Shown here: positions 13,261-26,167 of the stretch, in pieces
How the letters are laid out: each line of letters starts with the position of its first letter
How positions within the stretch are numbered: position 1 is the first letter of the stretch
Assembly (NCBI RefSeq): GCF_008831285.2
Contig: NC_045138.2
Span: forward strand, 30,070,001 to 30,134,000
Reading direction: 5' to 3'
Length of the DNA stretch: 64,000 bases
DNA from: Nymphaea colorata
Lineage: Eukaryota
Program-made: the position numbers and the translations under genes
The notes under the pieces: model-generated
Told to the model about the DNA's origin: nothing
The model's database searches: none
The model's input: only the letters and a program-made list of their open reading frames with translations

Positions 13261-14103
13261 AATGCATGATGTGTGTGTTTGGTTGTTTCTTCTTTGTCTG
13301 CACTTTTCTCTTTGAGGCCAGTAGTCCCTACTTAATGGTCCAACGTTGCGTCAGTCAACTTATCTCTGTGTGAAAGCACAGCCGCCCTCTTGGTTTCACG
13401 TGGAGCCTTTGCTTCTCGCAAAATAAAAGGTGTTTGTCTAATTATTGTGAAGAGGACAAGAAGAAGAAGAAGTATTTTTTCCAGCGCATTAGGTGTACAA
13501 GATTGAAACGGCAAAAGAAAAAAAAAGATTCTAATGTGACTGCTGGTTTTGGATTCTTTCTAGACTTTTTTGTTTTTTTTTTTTTGTAAATTATTTTCTT
13601 GGGAAAATATACAAGTAAAGGCCTTTGTAATAAAATGAAAAAAAGGAAAAATAAAAGAAAATGATTTTTTTTGTAGGTTTTTGTTGAAGGAGTTGGAGAT
13701 TGAATTTCTTGGCTTTTATCATGCAAAATTGTGCTCATGTTCAAAGACTTTGTCAATTGTCACTCACCAGACTCATTTGAATCAATCATTGTTCATATCA
13801 GCCGCCGATCCAACCAGCTACGCCAAACCCTTTGAGATCGGATTAACTGGTCTTTGCGTATTGTTGAAAGTAAGTGGATTTGTGATCGCAGCTGCCCATG
13901 TATGCCGACACTTATCTATCTTCTGTCACTGTTTTGAAGTCATCTAATAGCTCTTGCTTATAATTAATAAAGAGAAAAGATTCTCTTCTATGTTCTACCT
14001 CTTATGTAAAAGTTCAAAACTTTTCAACCTTTTTATGCTTCATGGGTAGAGACAAATTTTCCCCAACTATCTAACTAGAACTTTGTTGATGGAACCATAG
14101 CTA

Positions 14104-14269
14104 CAGTGGTGGTTGAACGAAACTTTAGTTATCGGCCCGACCCGAGTTTGGACTGAGCACCGCGATGTATGATGTATATGGACACGTGCCCGTTTTCATC
14201 GCGACGAAAATTTTTGATGGACTGGTGTAGGCAGTGGTCCACCCCGGCTTGCACATAAGTCCACTATTG
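14104..14269. mobile_element. hAT-like MITE (CAGTGG-type termini), degenerate
   Basis: CAGTGGTGG ... CCACTATTG imperfect TIR. Flanks CATAGCTA / CTTAGCTG match 6/8. Confidence 0.45.
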
Positions 14270-16006
14270 CTTAGCTGTTTTTTTTTTTGAAAAATTTATC
14301 CTACATATGAGTATCGTGGTGCAATAATCATAGATAATTTCTTCCACTTATTGGGATCTTGGAAATCTCAAATATAAAATACCAAGAAATTTGGAGGACC
14401 ATGAATAATTTTTACATCTCATTTGGTTGCTTGGGTCTTTAATGATTTAGCTGTTGATGATTTCTATAACAAGATGCATGGTAGCTTGTGTGTTTATTGT
14501 TTGGTGCTTGGTTTTTATAATTCACAAAGGATATGGCTGCCATCTTAATTGATGGGGAATCTTTATTTTCTAATATATATTTTTTTTAAAAATATGTAAT
14601 GTCTATGTTTATCATCAATTTTAATGAATATTGAATTAGTTAGCTGCATTGATGCCTTAGTTCTTTTATAAGTAATCACATGTTTCACTGAACAGTAAAG
14701 AAAAATAAAAAATTAATATTAGCAGATCCTGAAGCAGCGCTGGTCTTGGTGCCCTTCTAGAATCATGATTAAAGAAAATGCTTACCTTGGTCAAAGAACT
14801 TTTATATTTAATGGAAAAAGTAGGACTTCATTATTAAAAATGTGACCAAGTTGATGCAGCTGACGAAGTTCATAATCACACTTTTAAAATAATTTTAAAA
14901 GTGATTACGGACTACAAAGTGTTTTGCCGCTGCTCATATGAGGGCTCAGAACTGAGTTTTACTTTCAGCTCGATCGAATTTGAAAAGAAAATGACTTGAA
15001 GAGTTCTATCAATGGGGCCGGAGGCTCCCTTTCAAAACCAGCTGTCCGCGCAAGTATGGAACTCGTGATCTTTGTTTTTTTCGGAGACATATGATAAAAT
15101 TGGAACGATACGGAGACTAGCGGAACCAGAAAATTTTTTTGGTGGAGGCACTCATTCAATACCTTAAATTTCTTTGGGGCACTTACATATAAAACAATCA
15201 AATATATCAAAACATTAACATATATATTAAACTAATTTTGTAAGGCTGGTGTGGGGCCATGGCCTATAGGAAAAATTTACATGTTATAACTTACAAAAAT
15301 CTTTATTTGATTTCTATAACAATTTTGAAAAGTATAAATTCGGCTCCCATAAAAATAAAAATTATAAAAAAAAAATTCCTAGCTCCATCCTAACAATAGG
15401 AAGGTATCTGTGTACCTACCCAAAAGATATTAGAGTAAATTCATAAGGCGATTTTTGATGAATCTACCCATTATTTGGGACAAATACATGATAACCACAG
15501 TGTTACATCAAAATCTGCCTAACCTCATCTTGACTATGAGAACATGAAAAGAATCCGCAAGGACTTGTGTAGACGACATCATGAGAGAGAAAATATGTGT
15601 GTGACAAAGATGTATGTTTCTTCACGTTTCACAATGACTGGTTAGGATTTTTTCCGTTTTATGTTCTTATCAAGCCCTTCTTCCTCTTTATTTCATTGAA
15701 AAGTAAGTTCTATCATATGCTTTTTTTCCTTTTTTTTTTTTATCACAATTTGGTCATTGCAAGACCTTATCTGTTCACTCAAAACCAGTGGTCTAAGATT
15801 AAGCAGACAGATTGGATCGAGATCGACAACATAATGCATTGGAGGTCCGATCTAAATCGAATCCAATGCATTAGAAATTGACAAAACCCTCAAACCAGAT
15901 CCGGACCACTTGCCACCCTACTTTTGGCTAGTGACCGTCCATCCATATGTAAGAGATCAGGGAGGCACATGCACCCTCAACTTTTCAAAAGCTTTATAAG
16001 AATAAC

Positions 16007-16008
<2 letters not shown>

Positions 16009-16082
<74 letters not shown>
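16009..16082. repeat. Compound (TA)n(GA)n microsatellite
   Basis: Directly visible. Confidence 0.98.
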
Positions 16083-16665
16083 CCAGCTAAGTATTTTAGG
16101 TTGTTCTTCTATAACGCAGTCATCAGACATGCAGCTTGCCATCTAGAGCATTCGAACGACGGAAGGATTTTTATACATCGGCCTTTAGTGAGCTCTAACT
16201 CTCTCTCTTTCTTCCTCTCAATGATTTGCTCCACCAATTTTGGGTTATCCATTGTTTTTTTTTTCTTAAGAATTTACTTGAGCTAACTATCTCGCCTTCA
16301 TAGACTTAAAAGAGTATTCAATACAAGGTTTCTAGAGTATTTGGGTGTCACTAAAACTGAGGAGAACTCGGGTTTTAGAAAAATTGGTTTCGGAAAACCT
16401 GACCCCTTTAGGTTATTTATAAAAACTATTTTTTGAGTATGTTACCCAAACAAATAAACCAACTTAACAAAACTGAGTTAGATGAAGGTGTCATTCAAGT
16501 GCCGGCGAAAGCAAACGACTGGCATCCGTAGAACCTGAACCAGTCGTTGGCCGCCTACCAGTAACTGACCACTCATGTGCATCAATCTCCTCGGAGTATT
16601 TTATTTTTCTCTTTTTTATTATAGAACCCATCTGTTGAGACGGGTTGTTTTCTAGTACCCGCAAG

Positions 16666-16859
16666 CAGGGGCGGAGCCAAGGAAGGTCCGCATGAGCCCT
16701 GGCTCCACTTCAATTTTTAAAAAAAAAAAATTTACATGTAACTTTTAAAAAATTGTACTTGTCTTATATGAAAATTTTGAAAAATGATATTTCAGCCCAT
16801 GTCAGAATTTAAAAACTTTAATTTGGCTCCCTCATAAAAAATTTTTAGCTCCGCTCCTG
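16666..16859. mobile_element. hAT-like MITE, 194 bp, with 8-bp TSD
   Basis: TIR CAGGGGCGGAGC / GCTCCGCTCCTG. TSD CCCGCAAG (16658-16665) / CCCACAAG (16860-16867). Confidence 0.8.
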
Positions 16860-17821
16860 CCCACAAGTACCACATTTGTGGTCATTATAATGGCACCTTT
16901 CAATCAATGAATTCATCATAATTGTTCTTAATTTAATTTCATATGTTAAAAGCATGAGGCGTTTTACTCGTAAAATGCAGCAAAGGACATAGCATAGCTG
17001 GTCGGATTGGCAGGGTGGTGAAAGACAGGTCCTATTTTTCCCTTTCCAGCTGCATATTCATTACTACCTTAGCTGTTTATCCTCCAAATAATTTGCAAGT
17101 TGCCCAATGAAAGAAGCTGATGACTTCATGATTTTGCATCTTGAAATTTTTTGGCTGGAGGGACAATAATTCAATAATTTCAATCATTTTAGGCGCACTT
17201 GTACATACAAACAACTAAGTATTTCAAAACAATAATACAAAAATAAACATATTTTGTGGAGGCTTTGCCACTGCTTGCATCACTCTGTTTAATAAAGCAC
17301 CACTCTGTGGGCTCATTGAAAATGACAGTGGAATCACTTCACTTTTTCTTCAAATTACTGCAATAATGGCAGCTTGATCTTGTTTTGGAAGCGTATGCAG
17401 AATCTTCACGTGGAAATTTTAGGGTTTTGTTTTAAGGGTAAAACGCTTTTGGACTTAAGATGGTAATGCTCCAAAGGAGAAATTATATGTGTTCCAGAAT
17501 ATTATGACTTAACTTGAGCCTCAATTTTTATACATGTTAGTGAAAAGTAAGTCTTGTATCAAGAAAATCAGAAACTCCAGGCCTGCGTTTAAGCTTATGA
17601 CTAGAATTTTTTTTTTTTTTTTTGGGGATCACAGATGGATTCACTCACAGGGGATTCCTAGATCTAAATGAGTTTGTTCTCAGATCTTTTTCTAGATGAA
17701 TGTGATTTTGTTGTTTGTTCAAGAACCAGAAGATCATGGGTTGCTTTATTTGGGTGTACACATAGGCACGGGATACCGAACTCGCCAAGCTGGGTGACTC
17801 CTTCTGGGTTGTCGAGCTAAC

Positions 17822-17930
17822 CAGCGGCGGAGGGAAGAGGGGCCGGCAGGGGCCATGGCCTACCTCACTTTTTGAGAATTCAAAGTTTAACCTATTAAAA
17901 TTTTCTAAAATTTTAGTCGGCCCCGACAAA
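17822..17930. mobile_element. Truncated hAT-like MITE (one terminus only)
   Basis: CAGCGGCGGAGGGAAG...GGGGCCATGGCC head shared with the 45078 element and the ~15250 fragment; no matching right end seen. Confidence 0.45.
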
Positions 17931-18218
17931 CCGAATTTAGTTTTAAATAAATATTCTGCATCCAATGCTCTTACATTTTGGAAATCGGCTGGTTCAAAGT
18001 TTGAATTCAGTTTTTGATATGAATGTAAAAATTGGATTCAGATTATGAAATCAGATTTCATATTTGGATTCAACTACTACTTTTCTTTGTTCCTAGTTGA
18101 ATTTGAATATATGAGAATCCGAAAAGTGGATATGATTAAGGGCGAATAATGGAAGAAAGTTGTGAATGGTGCCAAGTTGAAGACCTTGGATCAAGCGAGT
18201 GTTGTTCGTCTCGCAAGT

Positions 18219-18358
18219 GGGCGTTTGGCAGCAGGAACACTATGTTTTTTAAAACTTTATGTGCCATTTCATAGCCATTTTATGAAACACTTCTTTGTCC
18301 TGTTCATGGAACATTGTGTTCCAGAGAATGCAGTGTTCCTTCCTGTTACCAAATGCTC
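18219..18358. mobile_element. Tourist-like MITE
   Basis: GGGCGTTTGGCAGCAGGA versus reverse complement of the right end, GAGCATTTGGTAACAGGA. Related interior (GGAACA/TGTTCC motifs) recurs at ~18710-18865. No TSD seen. Confidence 0.55.
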
Positions 18359-19942
18359 TCTGTAGTAATGCCCTCTTAAACTTGGTCTCGAAGGCTCGCT
18401 CGGTACTTTTTCTCCTTTAAAATTTTCTCAATATAAAAGATCTTAAGTCATTTAAGCATTGTTATCTGAGATTGTGACATAAAAATGCAAACCAGACGTC
18501 TAGAAATCATAAAAGGAGTGTTTGATAGGGAGGAGAAGAATTTCGGGACGTGCACTGAACTGGTGAAATTTGACGCATCTGTACATTCCGAAATCAAACA
18601 CGGGCGAAATTTCTGAAGCATATTGTTTGTACAACAGTGTCTCGCTATTTTTACCTTAATAAATGGTCCTTTTGCCTTCGATGTATGTTATGGAGGAGGT
18701 GACTACAAGAAGGTGTTTTGGTATGAAGAACATTGTGTTCTACCGTATTCTTTTAATACATGTTATGTTCCAAAAAACAGAGTCTTTTTGTTCCGGGAAT
18801 CATGCTGTTATGTCCAGTGTTTGATTGACAACATTGACAATCACAGCATGTTTCCTGCAACAGAAAATGTTAACCATGTACTTCGGGCTACCAGAATGCA
18901 TGTCAAATGTGAGCAACACTTGCTCAAGTTCATGCATGGAAACTCAATTTGTGAAGGTCTTTCAAGAGGAAGCTTGAGATTATTTATATATACATGAAAT
19001 GAAATTCTGAGGGCATAATACATAGTTGAATTAATATCATTTAAATGAATATCTATATACGTAATTATAAAAACTGCAATTAAGTAAATGAAAATGACTT
19101 AAATACATTTTGAATCATTACATGCTTATGATTATAATCATTTAAACGAATCTCTATAAATGTAGTTACAAATTAAACTCATTGGATAAACTGCCATTGA
19201 GATCCTTGTTGGAGGAGGTTGATGCCGGATTTGAGATCCACTTTGGGGGTTGATGATGAAATCCACAGTTTGTCTAATTATCATAGATTTCAGATCCTTA
19301 AGATTTGAGATCCATGGAGATTCAAACGCAACCTAAAGAAAGAGCTCTGACTGCTTGTCATTGTTTCATATCTTATTGTGGCTTTTGTATAATAGCTTTG
19401 TTATTTTTCCTTAATAAAACACCATTGCATTTGATGTGGTTTGCCTTTATTTTTATTTTATGGAGGTAAATTACATTGGCTACAATGAACTGGATCACAA
19501 ATTCTTGGATCTGGATCATGAATGTCAATCTCAATTATCGGTCAGATCTGAATTCGTCAGTCATATTTTATGCAGGTTTGGACCTAAAGCTGTAAACCAG
19601 ATTTAGTTTGAACACGATTCGAAATATTTGAACGGCATATATGTCAATTGAATTTGAGCAGCATTATTGGGGTCTTCGGATCCGGACTCAATTCCACCAG
19701 GTAGGCTTCTGTCCGGGTTCGAATCAGTGCGTCCAGATCAAATCTGGTGTTTCGAATTCGAATCCAGATCTACGAAAACCCGGTCCTTACCTATCGGAGC
19801 GACGGGAAATATCAACGGCCTTGTTGGCAGAGTGTCTGGTTCAGTCGAGGTTGCAGGCGACGACAGCAATAGTGGAGGAGCAACAGGCGGAGGAAGAAGT
19901 GGACGGCGGGGCCGGGGCAAGGGAAGGAGGATGGGGTCGGGG

Positions 19943-22900
19943 ATGATGGCTTCTCCTTCCTTTGTCTTTGTTTCTGGTGGTGGTGGTGCTGGCGGCGCCG
20001 GTAGTCTTAGCATTACCACCGTTCCCGCCATCCCCCAACGACTCCCTATGGTGGCAGACGGCGTCCGGTCCCCCTTGGGTAGCAGATTCCTCCGCTTCCC
20101 AAGAAATTCCTGTGTCCGCCGCCTCCTCTTCCTCCATGGACATCACCGCTCGCTGTCCCGTCGATTTATATGCGGAATGAGCAATTCAGGTTTGACTGTA
20201 CTCCCCTTAAAGTCCCCTTTGTCTTTTTTCTTGGTTTTCTTTTTGCTTCTCTCGTGAATCCAACGTTACAAGTAATCTCTCGACTACTCGGCAGCTTGTA
20301 GGATTCTTCTTCGAATGTGGCACTTGTTGCGTCAGTTAGTTTCTGTTTTTAACAGCCTTCTTTTTGGGGAGGCACATGTGTATTACTGTCTCTTAGTTAA
20401 TGTGGCTTTACCTGCTATTGATGTGTCGTTCTGAAATGGGCTTTTGGAAGTGAAGAATCGAATAATTAAAAGACAAGAAGCTGATTAAGTAAGCTAGGAT
20501 GCATGACTGTAGCGGTGTGCTTTTCTCTTTGTCGGATTATATTTGATTCCAAGTTGGTTGCAGGGAAGTTTAGTGATAGCCAATTTAGATGGCACTGTAT
20601 ACCAGTCATACTTATAGCTACCATTTGAGTTAATTCTGTGGTTGATGATTATGCTGAGTAGGAACATGAATGTATGTTTTCAGGATAATTCCAAACTCAT
20701 GCATGTGTGCAATATATTCTCTTAAAAAGCATAGACAATTTCATTGGTACTTGAATGCATGTTTTCAGTTAAAATTCCACAATGCATACACATTTTACTC
20801 TTAAAAAGAGTTTTATCGAAAGGAACCGGTAAAGAGTGTAATGCTTCAAACGTACCTGAACATAGGTTTTTCAGATCAAATGCCGCTGATATGCCCAAGG
20901 AGAAGTGTTTGAGGTGATCAACTTTATAGCTGCAGTTGTCCAATCATACTATGCCATGTTGAATTACAATCTATACTGGCCTATGACTGTATGCATAGGA
21001 GACTTTTTTCTTAGGTGGAAAGGAATTTCACGATGAACTCACCTTTGCCAATTCTGGAGCACAAGATCTATGTTTCAGCTTCAGGTTATCTTAATGACAC
21101 ACTTTTCTTGTTTGGTTTGAACATGTATGAATTTTTCAGACATGATATCACAGTTGGAACTTGGGAAGCCTGATGAAAAGCCAGGGAGAGGAAGTCGTGT
21201 AAATGGAGTATTTTGGATTTTGCTTCTGAACTTGGGCATTTATGTAGTCGACCATTGGTTTCAGGTAAGTGCCTTCATCTTAGTTTTAAGAAACCTGTCT
21301 CAAAGAAAATAACAGTGACTGGAATGACATAGAGTAAGAACCCAGTTATGAGGAACGTGTAAGCAGAATTCTCATGTCACTTTACTTCAAATTGGCTGTG
21401 GATGTCAGTTCCTGGATTATGGTCTCATTTTTATTAAGTTCTTATCTATATCAATTTATTAGTATTTTATCTAAATGGTTCCACATGTTAGTTCCAACTT
21501 ATAACCTATTTCCTGTTTGTTGAATCATTTAAAATTTTGAAGTGGAGGATTCTCCATTCTAATTCTTGTATTGCTCCTGCTTTCAAGTCACACTCTGACA
21601 ACTATGGAAATACATGCCATAAGATCCCCAAATGTAGGAGATGAGATTATCTCTAGGCAGTGAAAGTTCCCAGTCCCCTGAACCTCTCTTTCACTTGATT
21701 GATCACCTACAGTGTGAGAAGATCTAAAAAAAGGAACTAGTCAGACTAGTTATTAGAATAGAATCTTCTGTACTTAGTTTTCTATCTGACTTTTCATGCA
21801 AAGGCATTCTTATCAGTATAGATTTCTATCATACAGAAGGTCTTGGTATTGGCTGCAACTCATCAGTTAGGATGTCATTCTTGATAACCATTGGTTAAAA
21901 TGCAGTAATTGGAGGTTCTTCAGAATAATTGGTTGGTGAATTCATCAACTTTTTCTTTTGTTTGTTTTTGGATTTTTTAGTGTTTTTAGTTCATATTATT
22001 TTGTTTTACAGGTGAATACTATGAAATCTCTATATCTAAATCATGCATGGCCTCAATGGTACCAATTCATAACTGCAACATTCTGTCATGCCGATTGGTG
22101 AGAACTTGTGATTTGCTTTGGTTATTGTCTGTGTTTCCAAAGTTGTCCTCTTTTTGACATGATATAACCAGTTGCAGTTCCTGATGTTCAAAAATTCAGG
22201 CTAACCGGCCACATTATTTTGTTGAATCATTTGACTATTCTCCAAATACTTCCGTATTAATTCTGACTAGGCTTAATTTATTGATCATAAACCTTTACAG
22301 GAACCATTTGTCAAGTAATCTTTTCTTCTTATACATTTTTGGTATGACTTGCTACCTCTGTTTCATGTTTTAATTGATCGCTGCATTATTTGAATAGGGT
22401 CTCTGGCTATCGATAATTCGAGGTTTTGATTTTAAGCTAACAATTCTGCAGGAAAGCTCGTTGAAGAGGATGAAGGAAGCTTTGCTTTGTGGATATCATA
22501 TCTGCTAACAGGTGCTGGAGCCAACCTTGTGTCATGGCTTGTTCTTCCTAGAAATGCAGTTTCCATTGGAGCTTCTGGGGCTGTGTTTGGTCTTTTTGCA
22601 ATCAGTGTCCTGGTTAAGGTAAAAGATGATGTTTTTTTTACAAAACCATGCCACAAAATCTACATGTACTTACCGTTTAATCTTCTTGCAGATACGTTGG
22701 GATTGGCGGAAGATACTTGAAGTACTTATATTAGGTCAGTTTGTTCTGAAAAAGGTAAAGTTCTTCTCTTCTAGCAGGAAAAGAACAAATTGCTTGATTA
22801 CATATATGGTATCACTATGGTTGTTCTAGGTGCTTAGAGAAATTAAACTAGAATTTCTGCAGGTAATAATCTATGCTGACTTGTATGTGGGGGATATGAG

Positions 22901-25750
22901 TGCTTAACATTGCTACTTTCTTACTTGTGTTTGCAACCATATGGCACCCACCTATACGCTTATCATACTTTGTGCTTGTCTCTGTATCTTGTATCATTGT
23001 ATCATGTATGTGTATCTGTCCGTGTTGTTGACTTTTTGCAATTTTAGGGATCCTGGTTGTGTGGTTAGGCAACGTCAGCAAATATATTTTTCCATAGCAA
23101 AATTTGGGGCATGTTGGTCTACATGCCATGTTATCATGTATCAATTGGTACAGACTCCTCACAAATATCGCGTGTTATTCGAAAAAACATGATAAATATG
23201 TTAAATATAAGTCAGCCGTATAAAACGTCAATAAAACGCATCTTTTTCAAGAAGACGTCAGACAATAAAAACTTTTTTTATCTTTTTCAAGAAGACGTCA
23301 GACAATAAAACTTTTTTTAAGTGTTCTGCCAAACCGTGAATTTCTATCTTTAAAATGTATTAAATAAGAGAGAGAGGTGATTAACCATAAAATTAACCAT
23401 AATAAAGAAGAGAGAGTGCTGAAAGGTGCATGTAGTAATGAAGATTAATTATGTAATAAAGAGGAGAGAGAGATGGTTTACAGAAAATTAGATGCAATAA
23501 AGAAGAGAGGGAGAGAGAGCCCAGCTGCTCCTAGGAAACCCCTAGCCCATAGCACTAACTCCTTCATTAACTCAGCCTTCATAACATGCGGCTGAGGAAA
23601 TTGGGTCTAGCATGGAGACCAACCAAATTTATTATTTTGTAAATCTTACATATGGCTATTATTTGCTTTTAATGTGATACTTTTCACCCACATCCTATCA
23701 TGTCTATGATTTTATCTAATCATTTTTCAGAGTCTTATTATTAGTTTTTATTTATTTATTTTACTTTTACTTAATTTTTAGGATTTTTAATTTGTTAAAA
23801 AATTTCTCGAGATTTTTCCGAGATATATAATTTTGTCATATTATACTTGAGAAATAACTCGCCTTACAATACCCATACACGATATATGTGACAATGGACT
23901 AAAGAGTGTATAAGTACAATGGGCAGCAAACTATTTATTGAGTAGCCCCATCTGAGCCATGTTCTTCTCCTGGGAGTAAGACTTATTTGTCGTACATATA
24001 AAAACAAAAGCACATGATCAAGTTTACAAGTTACATGAATCTTGACATTTAGATGTCTTATCCAGCTGTTTTGCATAATTCTTTAATATCTCAATAATTT
24101 TGTCGTGTTTTAAACATCCAGAGAATGAGACTTGTGTACTATGTGGCTTATATCTCTAATTTAACACTGTTATGACTCCACCATAATTTTTATCTGGGTA
24201 TCAGTTGGTGCCTTGGTGAACCTACTGCAATTTTTCTCTTCCATTAGTTTTTATTTCTCAAGTAACAAGTTCTCAATAGTCCAGTTATCTGCTTAAGAGG
24301 GTATGTGCTGGGCGCAACAGAATATCGTGCTTGAGATGGTTAGAGCATTAGATAAAGAACTTGGCATCATGCCTCACTGGTGAGTGGTGATTGAATATAT
24401 CCAATCTGAGGGAAAGAAAGCTCTCAAATTGGAAAACCCATGACCTGTTATGTGTCTATGAAAGAGAGAGCCATCCTATATAGTTTCTGTTAGCTGTGAA
24501 AGAGAGAGCCATCCTATATAGTTTCTGTTAGCATCAAGCTAACAAGGGTTCCTCGACTCACCCACCCTCACACGGAAGCCTAGCTTTGTGAAATGCTTAT
24601 TCTTTGCTTAACCCTAATCTCTGAGCTTACAACCGATATATAGTGTAAAGTATCCCTCGGGTGGGTTGTATCCTGCTCCACGGAGCCTCTCGACCCGACT
24701 CCCTAATTCTGTTAACATCAAGTAAAAGAAATAAAAGCTTGAGGCTAGCTAAGCCTAACAGTTTCTCATACAAATTCAGTGGCACATTTTACGGTATAAA
24801 GTTACAAAATTATTGAGGGCATCACTAGTACGCTGACCCTGATAAAAGTTAACTTTGTGATATCATGATTATGTGTTTGTGCAGTAAATCATGATGCAAC
24901 ACAATATTGAGTTGCTAATATGTGTGATTCTTGGCATGCTTCTGATCAAATATAGGTTAAGTTCGTCTATCATAATGGAATTTTTATCTGTAGCTAGAGA
25001 TCTTGCTAGACGTGGAAGTGGAACAGTGGAGTGACTGGCTTCCACTTCCCAGGCATTCTGATGGATTGCCATGGGTTCTTGAATTAATGATCCACTCATA
25101 CTATAAGTCTCTGGTGTACATAATAAATAAAAGTAGAAAACCTGATGGTTTGGTATAGAATGCCATCCAATATATGTTTCAAGTTAGTTCACTGCCTTTA
25201 AGTTTCTAGATAATGTCCTGAACATTGTCTATGAGTACTGTCTTCCATCAGTGTCCTGAACATTGTCTATGAGTATTGTCTTCCATCAGAGGTGAGGAAC
25301 ATGTCTTTGATTCCATTGTGGGCTGACCTAAACATGGTTAACATGCATGGTCGTTAATTTGGTTTTCCTGCATATGGAATGAATATTTTCTTGCTGATTC
25401 ATCCTACGGTAGATTAGTTGTGCTTGTAATCTTCATTTGTCCTGTGACTTTGAAGTTCTTTGAATTAATTCTCTGTGGTCCACATCAAGTGATTACTGTC
25501 AATGTATGTTGTTTTTCTTCTTAATTTGAACAGTTTAGACTTGATAATTCAGGTGATGGAGGAAGCACAAGCTTCGGCAAGGCTACAGGGCACCATTTTT
25601 GGAGGTTACTCACTGCATAACATTAATCATATTGCGCATCTTTCTGGCGCTTTAATTGGTGTTCTTCTCATATGGCTACTCAGTGGGATTCCCAGTCGAC
25701 CTTCAGCTCAGGATACACATGGCTTGCGTAGAAGGGCAGATAGCACTTGA
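19943..25750 (+). CDS. RBL11: Rhomboid-like intramembrane serine protease, RBL11 type (plastid-targeted), 7 exons, ~308 aa
   Basis: Exons 19943-20189, 21140-21264, 22012-22097, 22301-22341, 22452-22618, 22692-22754, 25553-25750; 927 nt in frame. Motifs WYQFITATFCHADWNHLSSN, catalytic GASG and NHIAHLSG. Ser/Arg-rich transit-peptide-like N-terminus. An alternative in-frame ATG lies at 19931. Confidence 0.9.
23241..23319. repeat. Two-copy tandem duplication, ~40-bp unit (RBL11 intron 6)
   Basis: TCTTTTTCAAGAAGACGTCAGACAATAAAA(A)CTTTTTTTA at 23241 and 23281. Confidence 0.93.
24459..24532. repeat. Two-copy tandem duplication, 38-bp period
   Basis: TGAAAGAGAGAGCCATCCTATATAGTTTCTGTTAGC at 24459 and 24497. 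Confidence 0.93.
25214..25289. repeat. Two-copy tandem duplication, 38-bp unit
   Basis: TGTCCTGAACATTGTCTATGAGTA(C/T)TGTCTTCCATCAG at 25214 and 25252. Confidence 0.95.
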
Positions 25751-26167
25751 GTGCAAGATGGTTCTCATTCATTGTAAACGATCATTACAGGAGTCTTTTT
25801 TGGCTGGAGGCAAATGTCGACTGTAATTGTTTACTGGTGTCCTGGATTGGATGTGTCAGAGAGGAAAATTAATTGTATGCTTCTTTATGTAAATGGCAAT
25901 TATCAAATTTCTAAGAAGCTGCAGTAAGTACACGGAATAGTACATGATTTTGACTCGTCTTTTGTTTTTTTGTACATCCTGTCCTCTGTTTTACACATTC
26001 ATGCCTTGACATATGCTTCAAATGTACATGATTCTACTTGTAAAAGAATGCTTGACTGCACCAGTCATGCCATAGAAAAGGTGGTCTCATTTTTCCGCTT
26101 CCTTAAGTTTTCCCATCTGTATAGCAATTTCAGAAAGTAAAGACAAAAACGAATTAATTTGTAATGC

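Noticed and set aside
19700..19780. GGTTCGAATC T-loop-like motif (similar at ~6192 and ~11246)
   Set aside because: No acceptor, D or anticodon stems; it sits among GGATC/GAATC-rich repeat sequence.
23171..23861. Possible ~690-bp TIR element (CGTGTTATT...AATAACTCG) in RBL11 intron 6
   Set aside because: Only an 8/9 terminal match and no TSD; probably TE-derived, but the boundaries cannot be supported.
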